Source of the DNA: Pyrinomonadaceae bacterium
GTDB lineage: Bacteria > Acidobacteriota > Blastocatellia > Pyrinomonadales > Pyrinomonadaceae
Direction: 5' to 3'
DNA: 64,000 bases
Assembly: GCA_046313635.1 (NCBI GenBank)
Contig: JBKBYA010000001.1
Coordinates: 588,340 to 652,339 of the forward strand
Below the pieces are notes generated by a model. That model was not told the DNA's origin and searched no databases. It saw only the letters and a list, made by a program, of their open reading frames with translations. A program made the translations under genes and the position numbers. Positions 7,355-17,027 of the stretch are shown one piece after another (the first letter of the stretch is position 1; the number at the start of each line of letters is the position of its first letter).

Positions 7355-9694
7355 CTAGTAGGCCGCCGGGATCGGTCGGTCGCCGTTTTGGCCGAATGCG
7401 ATCGCCGAGAAACCGCCCGTGCTCCTGAGCACGTACCAGACGCCGGTCGAAGGCCTGAAGACCGACGCGTCGAATTTACCGTCGCCGTCGTAATCGCCCG
7501 GCGCCGCGACGTCGCCGCTCGTGCCGAAGGGATACGCGTAGTACGACACGTCCTCCGACCGCAAAACGAACCAGTAGCCCGTCGAAGGCTGGAAAAATGC
7601 GATGTCATCCTTGCCGTCGCCCGTGTGATCGCCGACGACCGGCTGATCGCTCGACGAGCCAAAGCCAAAGGCCCGCACCTGCGAGTCGGAGCTGCGCATA
7701 TACCACCATTCGGCGTAGCCGCTCGCGCCGTTTGGCCGCCAGATGCCGATGTCTTCGCGGCCGTCGCCGTCAAAGTCGGCATTGAGTGGTTTGTCGCCGC
7801 TCGCGCCAAAGGGGACGGTCGAGATCGTGCCGCGGCTGTCGGAATTTGCGATGTACCAGACGCCGCTCGACGGGCGAAAGACGGCCATGTCCGTCTTGCC
7901 GTCGCCGTTGAAATCCGCCGGTACCGGAATGTCGCCGCTCGCGCCGAAACTCTGCGTCGCGTAGATGCCGGCCTTGTTGAGCCAATGCCACGAGCCGTCC
8001 GTCTGCCTGAAGACAGCCATGTCCGTCTTGCCGTCGCCGTCGTAATCGCCCGGCACGATGAGGTCGGTCGCCGACGAGCCGAACTGCGCGCCGACGAGAT
8101 TTGAATTGCCGCTGAGCAGCATGTACCAGGTCGAATCCGCGGGGCGGAAGACGCTGTGGTCAGTCTTGCCGTCGCCGTCAAAGTCGGCGTTGCGATTCTT
8201 CAATATCGCCGCACCGGCGACCGGGCCGTCGGAGATGTTGCCGTCGATGTTGAATGTCACGCCGCCCCAGGTTTCGTTGTGCGGAGCCTGCCACTGCTTG
8301 ATGCGCTGGTGATTGGCCCACTCCGTGGTCGGGAATGCCGGAAAAGAAACGTAGGTCCAGACCGACATCACGTTGTCCCATCGCGCCATCCAGATCGCGT
8401 CCATCTTGCTCTGCGGGGGCAGGTTGACCCAGTCTTCCTGAGCGTTCTTGGGCGAGCCGTAGGTGCCTGATTTGTAGCCGAGCTCCTTGATGCGGTCTGT
8501 CCAGCCTTTGAGAAACGCGACCGTCGCGGCGCGGCATCCGAGCGTGTCGGGCGACGGCGGGTCATAACGCTCCATGTCGTAGTAAAGGATCGAGCCGGCG
8601 GTCAGCCCGATCGAGATCGCGTCGTTGACCGCGATGTCCGCCTCGCCTCGGCCCTGGCTCTCGGCGACGACCGGATCGTAGCTGAGTTTGACGGTCGTCG
8701 TTGACGACGTGCACGGCGATTGGTAACCGACGACCGTTGGGATAAGTCCCCAGCCCTGCGCCGTCACCTGATTGATCCATGTCGGATTATTTGTAAAGGG
8801 CTGAGTCGGGCATGCGCGGTTGCGGCCGCTCATGTAGATGTTCGTGTCGTAATGCGGCGAGTTGTTCCACCACGCCTGCATCTGCGCGACGGTGCCCGCC
8901 TGACATTTGTCGAATCCGCGATTCAGGCTGATCCTTGTCGAGCCGCCCGGCGGGAGAGCGAACATCGGCGAGCTTGCGGCCTCGGCCGCGAGACGCGAGC
9001 GTTCGGCTGCGGCGGCCGCGGCGATCTGCGGCGGGGTGATGTCGCGGCCTTTGGCGACGAGCCGCGTTTCCTGCATGCAGCCTTGTTTTGCCGCGGCGCA
9101 CCTGCCTTCGGTGACGACGGTCCATTCGCCGGCAGAAAGCGCGGCCGGCTCGGCGTCTGTGTTCAGCTCGACCTTGCGAGAGATCAGCTCGAGCGTACCG
9201 TCGTCGCGGACGCGAAACTTCGCACGGCCGTCAAAGTTTGAGCTCGTCACGATGCGAAATTCGATCTCGATACTGCCGCCCGCTCCGAGCCTGATCTCGG
9301 CTCGATCAAGCGAGAGATCGTTCAACAGGTCGGCGTCGGCCGCGAGCCGGCGCCGCGACCACGTGCTGCCGCCGTCGTTCGACGCGGCGAGAGCGATCGT
9401 GCCGGTCGGGCCTGTGACGAGCGCGATCAGTTCGTTATGGCTGCCCTCGACGGCGGCGATCGCTTCCGTCGAAGCGAGCTCGAGCGAAGACTCGGCCCAA
9501 GTCGCTCCGGCGTCGGCGGTCAGAAATATCTTTCGCGACGTGTAAGCGTAGCCGGCCGCGCCTTGCGAGCCGATGCCTCGGATGAGCCAGTCCTCGCTAT
9601 TCATCTCCGCCGCGGCGGTCGAAAATGCCGGAAAAGCGGCAAGCTGAATCACGAGGAGAATGAGAACGAGAGTAGCGGTGGATGCAGTTTTCAT
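7355..9694 (-). CDS. secreted DUF1906 (Rv2525c-like glycoside hydrolase) protein with Asp-box N-terminus and C-terminal FG-GAP repeats
   Basis: Signal peptide; TADAGATW and SNDGGSTW Asp-boxes; RGFDKC...YYDMERY...RIKQW...IDGN as in DUF1906; about six DxDGDGKxD repeats. Confidence 0.82.
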   Translation of the reverse strand: MKTASTATLVLILLVIQLAAFPAFSTAAAEMNSEDWLIRGIGSQGAAGYAYTSRKIFLTADAGATWAESSLELASTEAIAAVEGSHNELIALVTGPTGTIALAASNDGGSTWSRRRLAADADLLNDLSLDRAEIRLGAGGSIEIEFRIVTSSNFDGRAKFRVRDDGTLELISRKVELNTDAEPAALSAGEWTVVTEGRCAAAKQGCMQETRLVAKGRDITPPQIAAAAAAERSRLAAEAASSPMFALPPGGSTRISLNRGFDKCQAGTVAQMQAWWNNSPHYDTNIYMSGRNRACPTQPFTNNPTWINQVTAQGWGLIPTVVGYQSPCTSSTTTVKLSYDPVVAESQGRGEADIAVNDAISIGLTAGSILYYDMERYDPPSPDTLGCRAATVAFLKGWTDRIKELGYKSGTYGSPKNAQEDWVNLPPQSKMDAIWMARWDNVMSVWTYVSFPAFPTTEWANHQRIKQWQAPHNETWGGVTFNIDGNISDGPVAGAAILKNRNADFDGDGKTDHSVFRPADSTWYMLLSGNSNLVGAQFGSSATDLIVPGDYDGDGKTDMAVFRQTDGSWHWLNKAGIYATQSFGASGDIPVPADFNGDGKTDMAVFRPSSGVWYIANSDSRGTISTVPFGASGDKPLNADFDGDGREDIGIWRPNGASGYAEWWYMRSSDSQVRAFGFGSSSDQPVVGDHTGDGKDDIAFFQPSTGYWFVLRSEDVSYYAYPFGTSGDVAAPGDYDGDGKFDASVFRPSTGVWYVLRSTGGFSAIAFGQNGDRPIPAAY

Positions 9695-9833
9695 TTGTGA
9701 GATTGACCCCGGATCGATTTAGTATCGTGATCGAAATTGCCGGAATTATAGCCAACACTGATACCGAACGCCAAGGTGAATGTGCCGCCCCGATCCGTTT
9801 TACCGCAGCGTGCTGACTGAGTTAACTTAATGC

Positions 9834-11810
9834 TTGCCCGCGGGCCTCTCCGATATGCTTCTGTCGATCCTGCTGATCATGGCGACGACCGCCGGCGGTC
9901 TCGCCGTCACGTACGTGATGCGAGAGCGCGACGAGCCGCTGATGTGGCGGCTTGCGGCGGGCTCGGTCATCGGCAGCGTGATCTGCGGCACGGCGGCCTT
10001 TGCGCTCTCGCTCGCGGCCGGGCTCGGCATCGCGACGGCAGCAGTGTCGATCGCCGTCGCGATGGCGCCGCTGCTGTTGTTTACCGACTACGGGCGGCGG
10101 CACGAATTGCGTCGCGATCTGCAGCGAGCTCGCGGCAAGCTCGACGGAGCGACGCCCGCAAAGTTCCGCGCATTCCTCTACTACGCATTCTTTTTCGTTC
10201 TCTTTTGCGTCTATTTCAGCTACGCGATGTACGAGACGCCGGAGGGCATCTTTACCGGCGGCTCGCAAAATCTCGGTGACCTGCCCTTTCATCTCGGCGC
10301 GATCTACAGCTTCACCGACGGCAACAATTTTCCGCCGCAGAACCCTTCATTTGCCGGAGCGAGATTTTCTTATCCGTTCATCGCCGACCTGCTGACCGCC
10401 GTTTATGCAAAGCTCGGCGCCGACATACGCCCGGCGATGATCGTGCAGGACGTCGCGTGGGCTTTTGCTCTGCTGATCGTGCTCCAGCGTTTTGTCGCGA
10501 GGATGACGGGCGGCGATCGCCTTGCGGAAAAGCTGGGAGCGGCGATGCTCTTTTTCAGCGGCGGCCTCGGCTTCGTTTGGTTTTTGAGCGACTACTGGCA
10601 GCAGGCAAAGAGCTTTACCGACTTTGTCTGGAGCATTCCGGGCGATTACACGATCACGAACGAGTTTCGCTGGGGCAACTCGCTCGTCACGCTTTTTATC
10701 ACGCAGCGAAGTTTGCTGCTCGGAATGCCGCTGACGATCGTCGTGCTCGGATGGCTGTGGGACGCGTTTCGCGAAAAGCTCTCGAGCGACAGCTCCGAGG
10801 CCGCCGCGGCAGAGCGTACATTTGCTGCGCCATTCGTGCTGGGACTGCTCGCGGGAACTCTGCCGCTCGTGCATCTGCACAGTCTGGTGGTGCTGTTTGT
10901 CGTCGGCGTGTTTCTCTTTATTTTTCGTCCTGAGAAGTGGCGCGTCTGGACGACGTTTGCGGCCGGTGTCGCGGTCGTCGCGGTGCCTGAGCTGCTTTGG
11001 GCGATGCAGGGCACGGCGTCGCGGCCCTCGGAATTTATCGCCCCTCACTTTGGCTGGGACAAGGGCGAGACAAACTTCGTCTGGTTCTGGATAAAGAATG
11101 TCGGCCTCTTTATCCCGCTGATCGCGACAGGAATTTATCTCCTGGCGACGCGCCGCGGCGAGGCGAACAAAGATCTGCCCGACATGCGGAGCCTCGTCTT
11201 CTTTTACGTCCCGTTCGCTTTTTGCTTTGTCATCGCAAACAGCTTCAAGCTCGCCCCGTGGGAGTGGGACAACATAAAGGTGCTGATCTATTGGTTTGTC
11301 GGCTCGATCCCGCTCGTCGCGTACGCTCTCGCGTGGGCGTGGCGGCGAAGCGGCGCGATGCGGGTCGTCGCGGCCGCTGCGTTCGTATCGCTGATCTTCT
11401 CCGGCGCGATCGACGTGTGGCGGACCGCGTCGGGGCAGATCAAGACAAAGGTCTTTACGCGCGACGATGTCGAGATCGCGCGGCAGGTCAGGCAGCGGAC
11501 CGAAGCCGATGCGATTCTTTTGAACGCTCCGACCTATAATTCCGCCGCCGTGCTGACCGGACGGCTGTCTTTTATACGCTATCCCGGACATCTCTCGTCG
11601 CACGGCATCGATCATCGCGAGCGCGAAGAGCAGGTAAAACAGATGTACGCGGGCGGGCCGGCTGCGGAGAAGGCGTTCGATATTTTTGGGATAAAGTACG
11701 TTCTCGTAACGCCCGCTGAGACCGGCTCGCTCAGCGTCAATCAGGCCTATTTTTCGAAGTTTCCGGTCGCGGCCGAGGCGGGCCAGAACAGGCTGTACAA
11801 GGTCAGATAG
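9834..11810 (+). CDS. polytopic membrane protein, GT-C glycosyltransferase-like
   Basis: More than 10 TM segments; loop GDLPFHL...FPPQNPSFAG..FSYPF; periplasmic C-terminus. True start may be ATG 9855. Confidence 0.65.
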   Translation: MPAGLSDMLLSILLIMATTAGGLAVTYVMRERDEPLMWRLAAGSVIGSVICGTAAFALSLAAGLGIATAAVSIAVAMAPLLLFTDYGRRHELRRDLQRARGKLDGATPAKFRAFLYYAFFFVLFCVYFSYAMYETPEGIFTGGSQNLGDLPFHLGAIYSFTDGNNFPPQNPSFAGARFSYPFIADLLTAVYAKLGADIRPAMIVQDVAWAFALLIVLQRFVARMTGGDRLAEKLGAAMLFFSGGLGFVWFLSDYWQQAKSFTDFVWSIPGDYTITNEFRWGNSLVTLFITQRSLLLGMPLTIVVLGWLWDAFREKLSSDSSEAAAAERTFAAPFVLGLLAGTLPLVHLHSLVVLFVVGVFLFIFRPEKWRVWTTFAAGVAVVAVPELLWAMQGTASRPSEFIAPHFGWDKGETNFVWFWIKNVGLFIPLIATGIYLLATRRGEANKDLPDMRSLVFFYVPFAFCFVIANSFKLAPWEWDNIKVLIYWFVGSIPLVAYALAWAWRRSGAMRVVAAAAFVSLIFSGAIDVWRTASGQIKTKVFTRDDVEIARQVRQRTEADAILLNAPTYNSAAVLTGRLSFIRYPGHLSSHGIDHREREEQVKQMYAGGPAAEKAFDIFGIKYVLVTPAETGSLSVNQAYFSKFPVAAEAGQNRLYKVR

Positions 11811-11820
11811 ATCCAAAGAG

Positions 11821-13632
11821 ATGGCAACAGAAACAGAGACGGTCGAGACGACGACGGCCGAAGGCGGTGAGCAGCGGCTAGATGTGATGTGGCTCGCGAT
11901 CTCGGGGCTCGTCATCGCGGCGGCGACATTCCTGCGCTTTTACTGGCTCACGCTCAAGCCGCTGCATCATGACGAGGGCGTCAACGGATTTTTTCTTACC
12001 AACCTCTTTCGTGACGGCGTCTACAAGTACGATCCCGCGAATTATCACGGCCCGACGCTCTATTACATCTCGCTCGGCTTTGTCGAACTCTTTGGTCTGA
12101 ATACGACGACGGTCCGAGCGAGCGTCGCCATCTTTGGCGTGCTGATGGTCGCGCTGACGCTGTACCTGCGGCGGTACATCGGCGACAAGGGCACGTTTTA
12201 CGCGGCTCTGTTTCTCTCTCTGTCGCCGGGCATGGTCTTTATCTCGCGGTATTTCATTCACGAGATCTTTTTCGTCTTCCTGAGCCTCGGCGTGGCGTAC
12301 TCGGTCGCGGCGTTCATCTCTAAAACAAAGGCAGGTCCCGCGGCGGTCGCGTGGCTCGCGATCATTTTGCTCGTATGCTTTCTGCCGTCGGCGCTGACGC
12401 TCGCGTCGAAGATCGGCAGCGAAAATGAGACGGCGCTTTGGGCTTTCAGGATCGGGTTCTTTCTCGTCGAGGCGGTGCTGGTTTTTGTGATCGTCCGGAT
12501 GCTGCTCAACTGGAACGGCGGGCGGCCGATCTACATTCTGCTCGCGGCGGCGTGCGCGGCGCTGATGTTCGCGACAAAAGAGACGGCGTTCATCACGCTC
12601 GGCACGATGCTGATCGCCGTCGGCTGCGTCGCCGTCTGGCTGCGGATCAGAAAGACCGCAAACGCACCCGTCGATCACGCGGACAAGATCGACGACGAGG
12701 AGCTGCGATCCGGCAACTTTCGCGCGGCGCTCGGCTCCGGCAGCGACCGCGTGCTGCTGTTTGCGGCCGCGGCGGCGCTGTCGGTGTACCTGCTCGTGCT
12801 TTTCTTCTCGTCCTTCTTTACGTACTGGGAAGGCGTCAAAGGCGCGATCGACGCGTACGCGATCTGGACGCGGACGGGCAGCAAGGACCACACGCAGAAC
12901 GGCATCTGGGCTTACGTCACGTGGGGAATGAAGCTCGAGGCGCCGATCCTCATCCTCGGCGCGGCGGGCATCGTCGTCGCATTTATCAAGGCGAGACACC
13001 GGTTTGCGATGTTCACGGGGCTGTGGGGCTTTGGGCTTTTTGCGGCGTACACGATCATCCCGTACAAGACGCCGTGGCTTGCTCTCAGCTTTTTGCTGCC
13101 GCTTGCGATCATGGCCGGCTATGCGATCGGGCAGGGAATGTCGTCAAAGCTGAGCGAGGTCAGGTACGCGGCGATGGCGGTGAGCGTGCTCGCGGCGGCG
13201 GTGCTCGCTTACCAGAGCTACGAGCTGAATTTCGTCCGTTACGACGACGACCGGATGCCGTACGTTTACGCCCACACGCGGCGCGAGTTTCACGATCTTG
13301 TGGAGCAGATCGACCACTACGCCGACAAGAGCGGCAAGGGCCGCGACGCGGTCATCGACATCGTCTCGCCCGACTACTGGCCGATGGTCTGGTATCTCAG
13401 AGACTACAGCCACGCAAACTTTTACGGCCGCATGATCGAGACGAGCGATGCGGAGATGATCGTCGCGAAAAAGGACGATCAGGACGCCGATGTCGTTCGC
13501 CGATATTCGGCCAAATACTTTTATGTCGGATCGTGGCCGCTCAGGCCGGGCGTCGAGCTGATGCTGCTCGTCAAAAAGGAGATCGCGGACGCCGCAGACG
13601 CGACCGAGCTCTACCGCATCCGCGAGCGTTGA
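11821..13632 (+). CDS. TIGR03663/Agl23-like PMT-type (GT-C) membrane glycosyltransferase
   Basis: LRFYWL..KPLHHDEGVN...YKYDPANYHGP (DE motif), ATKET, YKTPW, DYWPMVWYLR. Confidence 0.8.
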   Translation: MATETETVETTTAEGGEQRLDVMWLAISGLVIAAATFLRFYWLTLKPLHHDEGVNGFFLTNLFRDGVYKYDPANYHGPTLYYISLGFVELFGLNTTTVRASVAIFGVLMVALTLYLRRYIGDKGTFYAALFLSLSPGMVFISRYFIHEIFFVFLSLGVAYSVAAFISKTKAGPAAVAWLAIILLVCFLPSALTLASKIGSENETALWAFRIGFFLVEAVLVFVIVRMLLNWNGGRPIYILLAAACAALMFATKETAFITLGTMLIAVGCVAVWLRIRKTANAPVDHADKIDDEELRSGNFRAALGSGSDRVLLFAAAAALSVYLLVLFFSSFFTYWEGVKGAIDAYAIWTRTGSKDHTQNGIWAYVTWGMKLEAPILILGAAGIVVAFIKARHRFAMFTGLWGFGLFAAYTIIPYKTPWLALSFLLPLAIMAGYAIGQGMSSKLSEVRYAAMAVSVLAAAVLAYQSYELNFVRYDDDRMPYVYAHTRREFHDLVEQIDHYADKSGKGRDAVIDIVSPDYWPMVWYLRDYSHANFYGRMIETSDAEMIVAKKDDQDADVVRRYSAKYFYVGSWPLRPGVELMLLVKKEIADAADATELYRIRER

Positions 13633-13675
13633 CGCGGCGGCCCCGAGCCGCGGCGCGGCCATCACTCGAGCGTCC

Positions 13676-13900
13676 TCAATCGCCGCCGCCCGCTTCGCGG
13701 AGGAGTTCGTCGATCTCGTCGAGCTCGCGCCGGAGCTGGGCTTCCATCGTTATCGCGACCTGGTCCTGCTCGAGCTGTATGGCCTGCTCCTCGGGGTCGC
13801 GGTCCAGCTCGATCCGCAGATCGCCGTCAACACGTCTAAGCTGCGCGAGCAGCTCCTCACGCCTTCTGATCAGATCGTCTTTTGAAACTTGGTTCGGCAT
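13676..13900 (-). CDS. small coiled-coil protein resembling the DksA/TraR N-terminal part, no zinc finger
   Basis: 74 aa with RREELLAQL...DRDPEEQAIQLEQDQV...ELDEIDELL; no cysteines. Confidence 0.65.
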   Translation of the reverse strand: MPNQVSKDDLIRRREELLAQLRRVDGDLRIELDRDPEEQAIQLEQDQVAITMEAQLRRELDEIDELLREAGGGD

Positions 13901-14046
13901 TTCGGTCCTGTTGTAGAGGAGAGTTTTACCTGAGTTTATCTCGTTTACGCGCCGCCGACCAATTGCATTTGCCGCAGGCAGCGGCGCCGCTAGATGCCCG
14001 CTTTGAACGGGAGTATCATAGGCGCGTAATCTCCACCCTTAAGATC

Positions 14047-15990
14047 ATGGGCGACAAAATGGTCGCTTCTGTCAACGACCAGGCACAACTCAGGGCTTTT
14101 ACCAAGGCCGTGCTCGACGATCTCCGCGCGCTTCGGTCGATGATGGAGTCCGGCCGGATGGAGACGGGCGTCTACCGGATCGGCGCCGAACAGGAGATGT
14201 TCCTTGTCGACGCGTCGATGCGGCCCGCGCCTCTCGCAATGGAGGTGATCGCCGCTGCCGGAGAGTCGCGGCTTACGACCGAGATCGGGCGATTCAATCT
14301 CGAGGCCAATCTGACGGTCTCGGAATTTGCCGGCTCGTGCCTGAGCGATCTCGAGAGAGAGCTTAACGAGCTGATCTCGATCGTGCGGCGTGCGATGTCG
14401 CAACTCGCGGGCGGTGGTGTGGTGCTTTGCGGCATCCTGCCGACGATACAGCGGTCCGACCTGGTCGAGGGCAACCTCACGCCGAGCCCGCGCTACGAGG
14501 AGATGAACCGCGTCATCACCGCTCTGCACGGCGATGACCGGATGGTGCACGTCAAAGGACTCGATGAGATCGGCCTGCATCTGTGCGACACGTTCCTTGA
14601 GTTTTCTAATACCAGCTTTCAGGTCCATCTGCAGCCGCCGATCGAGGATTTTGTCGAGCTGTACAACTGGTCGCAGGCGGTCGCGGCGCCGGTGCTCGCG
14701 GTGGCCGTGAATTCGCCCCTGCTGATGGGCACGCGGCTTTGGCACGAGACGCGCCTCGCGCTTTTTCAGCAGTCGGTCGACGAGCGATCGCCGACGCATC
14801 ACGAGCGCCGCCGGCCCGCTCGGGTCACTTTTGGCCACGACTGGGTGAGAGGCTCGATCCTCGACGTCTTTCATGAGGACGTCGCGCGGTTTCGGATAAT
14901 CCTCACGCGCGAGATCGACGAGGATCCGATGGCGGCGGTCGCAGCGGGCCGGGTTCCGAGTCTCAACGCCTGGCGGCTGCACAACGGCACGGTCTGGCGT
15001 TGGAATCGCCCGTGCTACGGCATCTTTAACGGCCGCCCCGGTCTGCGGATCGAGGCCCGATACCTGCCTGCCGGCCCGACGGTCGTGGACGAGGTCGCAA
15101 ATGCCGCGCTGCTGCTCGGGCTGCTGACCGCGCTTCCAGACGAGTATGGCGACGTGACCCGCAGAATGGCGTTTGACGATGCGAAGTCAAATTTTTTCAG
15201 CGCCGCGCGCTCGGGGATCAGGTCGCAGATCGCGTGGCTCGACGGCCGCAGCTATTCGGCGCAGGAGCTCGTGCTCAACGAGTTGATCCCGCGCGCCGAA
15301 CACGGCCTCCGCGGACGCGGCATCGAGACCGGCGACATCGACCGCTATCTCGGCGTGCTGCGTGAACGTGTCGCCCGCGGCATCACCGGCGCAAAGTGGA
15401 TGCTCGACTCGCTCTCGCGAATGGACCCCGCAGCCAAGACCAACGTGCGAATGCGCACGCTGACCGCATCGATGATGGAAAATCAGCAAAACGAACGGCC
15501 GCTCTCAGAATGGCCGCCGGCAAAGATCGCCGAGAGTTCGGACTGGATCGACAGCTATAAGACGGTCGAGCAGTTTATGTCGCGCGACCTTTTTACCGTG
15601 CGGCCCGACGACATCCTCGATCTCGCGGCGAGCATAATGAACTGGCGCCACGTCAGGCACGTGCCCGTCGAGGACGATTCGGGCAGCCTCGTAGGCATCA
15701 TCTCGCATCGCGATCTGATCAGGCTCTTTGCCGAAGAAAGGGACCGCAGCGCGAGCGTCGTCGTGAGAGACGTGATGCATTCGGACCTTGTGACCGTCAC
15801 GCCCGAGACGAGCTCGCTCGAGGCTCTCCACCTGATGCGCGACCGCAAGATCGGGTGCCTCCCCGTTTGTCAGAATGGCAAGCTCGTCGGGATCTTGACC
15901 GCGCACGATTTCTTGACCGTATCGACGCGACTCTTTGAGGAGTGCCTAAAAGAACAGTCAACTCGGGCCGCCGACCCGTCTGCTCGTTAG
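14047..15990 (+). CDS. glutamate-cysteine ligase (GCS2) family protein fused to a C-terminal CBS pair
   Basis: IGAEQEMFLVD, TTEIGRFNLE, SFQVHLQ, NSPLL, HNGTVWRWNRP, RIEARYLPAGPT; two CBS domains from VEQFMSRD onward. Confidence 0.85.
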   Translation: MGDKMVASVNDQAQLRAFTKAVLDDLRALRSMMESGRMETGVYRIGAEQEMFLVDASMRPAPLAMEVIAAAGESRLTTEIGRFNLEANLTVSEFAGSCLSDLERELNELISIVRRAMSQLAGGGVVLCGILPTIQRSDLVEGNLTPSPRYEEMNRVITALHGDDRMVHVKGLDEIGLHLCDTFLEFSNTSFQVHLQPPIEDFVELYNWSQAVAAPVLAVAVNSPLLMGTRLWHETRLALFQQSVDERSPTHHERRRPARVTFGHDWVRGSILDVFHEDVARFRIILTREIDEDPMAAVAAGRVPSLNAWRLHNGTVWRWNRPCYGIFNGRPGLRIEARYLPAGPTVVDEVANAALLLGLLTALPDEYGDVTRRMAFDDAKSNFFSAARSGIRSQIAWLDGRSYSAQELVLNELIPRAEHGLRGRGIETGDIDRYLGVLRERVARGITGAKWMLDSLSRMDPAAKTNVRMRTLTASMMENQQNERPLSEWPPAKIAESSDWIDSYKTVEQFMSRDLFTVRPDDILDLAASIMNWRHVRHVPVEDDSGSLVGIISHRDLIRLFAEERDRSASVVVRDVMHSDLVTVTPETSSLEALHLMRDRKIGCLPVCQNGKLVGILTAHDFLTVSTRLFEECLKEQSTRAADPSAR

Positions 15991-16259
15991 AGCCCTTTTG
16001 CCCGACGCCGTCAAAAGATATCGGGCCGGTCCGGCAGACACAAGCCTCCCGGCCTGTCGCCTTTTATCCGTCATGCGGGGCCGGCGGCTGGTCAAAACGG
16101 TCTTGGCGGTCTTCGCGCACGTCTCGACAGGCTTGTCCGCACGGTACGTTCACTTCTCGCACGGTCCCGTCTCATTCGGAAAGTTGACTTAGACGCAGCC
16201 CGAGCCGGGCCGCGCGGGCCCCAAAACATTTTGCGGCACCGCTCGTACTTCTGACTGCT

Positions 16260-17027
16260 ATGAAGAAATTTACGATCCTTTTATTCCTGTCGATCGCGCT
16301 CGCGACGCCGGCCTTTGCGGCGGCGATAAAGAACGGCGAAGACCTCCTCGCCGCGATGCACGCGCGCTACGCGGGCAAGTGGTACAAGACGCTTACATTC
16401 ATTCAAAAAACGACGAACTACAAACCCGACGGCACCTCGACGGTCGAGACCTGGTACGAGGCGATGAGCCTGCCGGGCAAGCTGCGTATCGATATCGACC
16501 CGTCGGAGAAGGGCAACGGGATCTTGTTTGCGAACGGCAAGATCTACACGTTTCGCGACGGCAAGCTGGCCGCCGAGCGCCCGCTCGTTCACCCGCTGAT
16601 GGTGCTCGGCTTTGACGTTTACGGCCAGCCGGTCGAGACGACGATCGGGCAGGTCAAAGGCCTCGGCATCGACCTCTCGACCATTTACGAAGAGAAGTGG
16701 CAGGGCCGCGACGTTTACGTCATCGGCGCAAAGCAGGGCGACCTCACGCGGCCGCAGGTCTGGGTCGATAAAAAGAATTTGTATTTCGTCCGGCTGATCC
16801 AGCTCGTCGGCAAGGACAAAAAGAACGTGCAGGAGATCCAGTTCAATAAATACTTCAAGATCAAAGGCGGCTGGGTCGCGCCCGAGGTGATCTTTATCGT
16901 CGACGGCAAGACGACCACCCTCGAGGAATACTCCGACGTGCAGGCCAACGTCGATCTAAACGCCGATCTGTGGGACCCCGCAAAATGGATGACGGCCGAC
17001 CGCTCGTATTACAAGATCAAGAAATGA
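16260..17027 (+). CDS. secreted hypothetical protein (LolA-like fold possible)
   Basis: Signal peptide ending in AFA; beta-rich; stop overlaps the next start. Confidence 0.65.
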   Translation: MKKFTILLFLSIALATPAFAAAIKNGEDLLAAMHARYAGKWYKTLTFIQKTTNYKPDGTSTVETWYEAMSLPGKLRIDIDPSEKGNGILFANGKIYTFRDGKLAAERPLVHPLMVLGFDVYGQPVETTIGQVKGLGIDLSTIYEEKWQGRDVYVIGAKQGDLTRPQVWVDKKNLYFVRLIQLVGKDKKNVQEIQFNKYFKIKGGWVAPEVIFIVDGKTTTLEEYSDVQANVDLNADLWDPAKWMTADRSYYKIKK

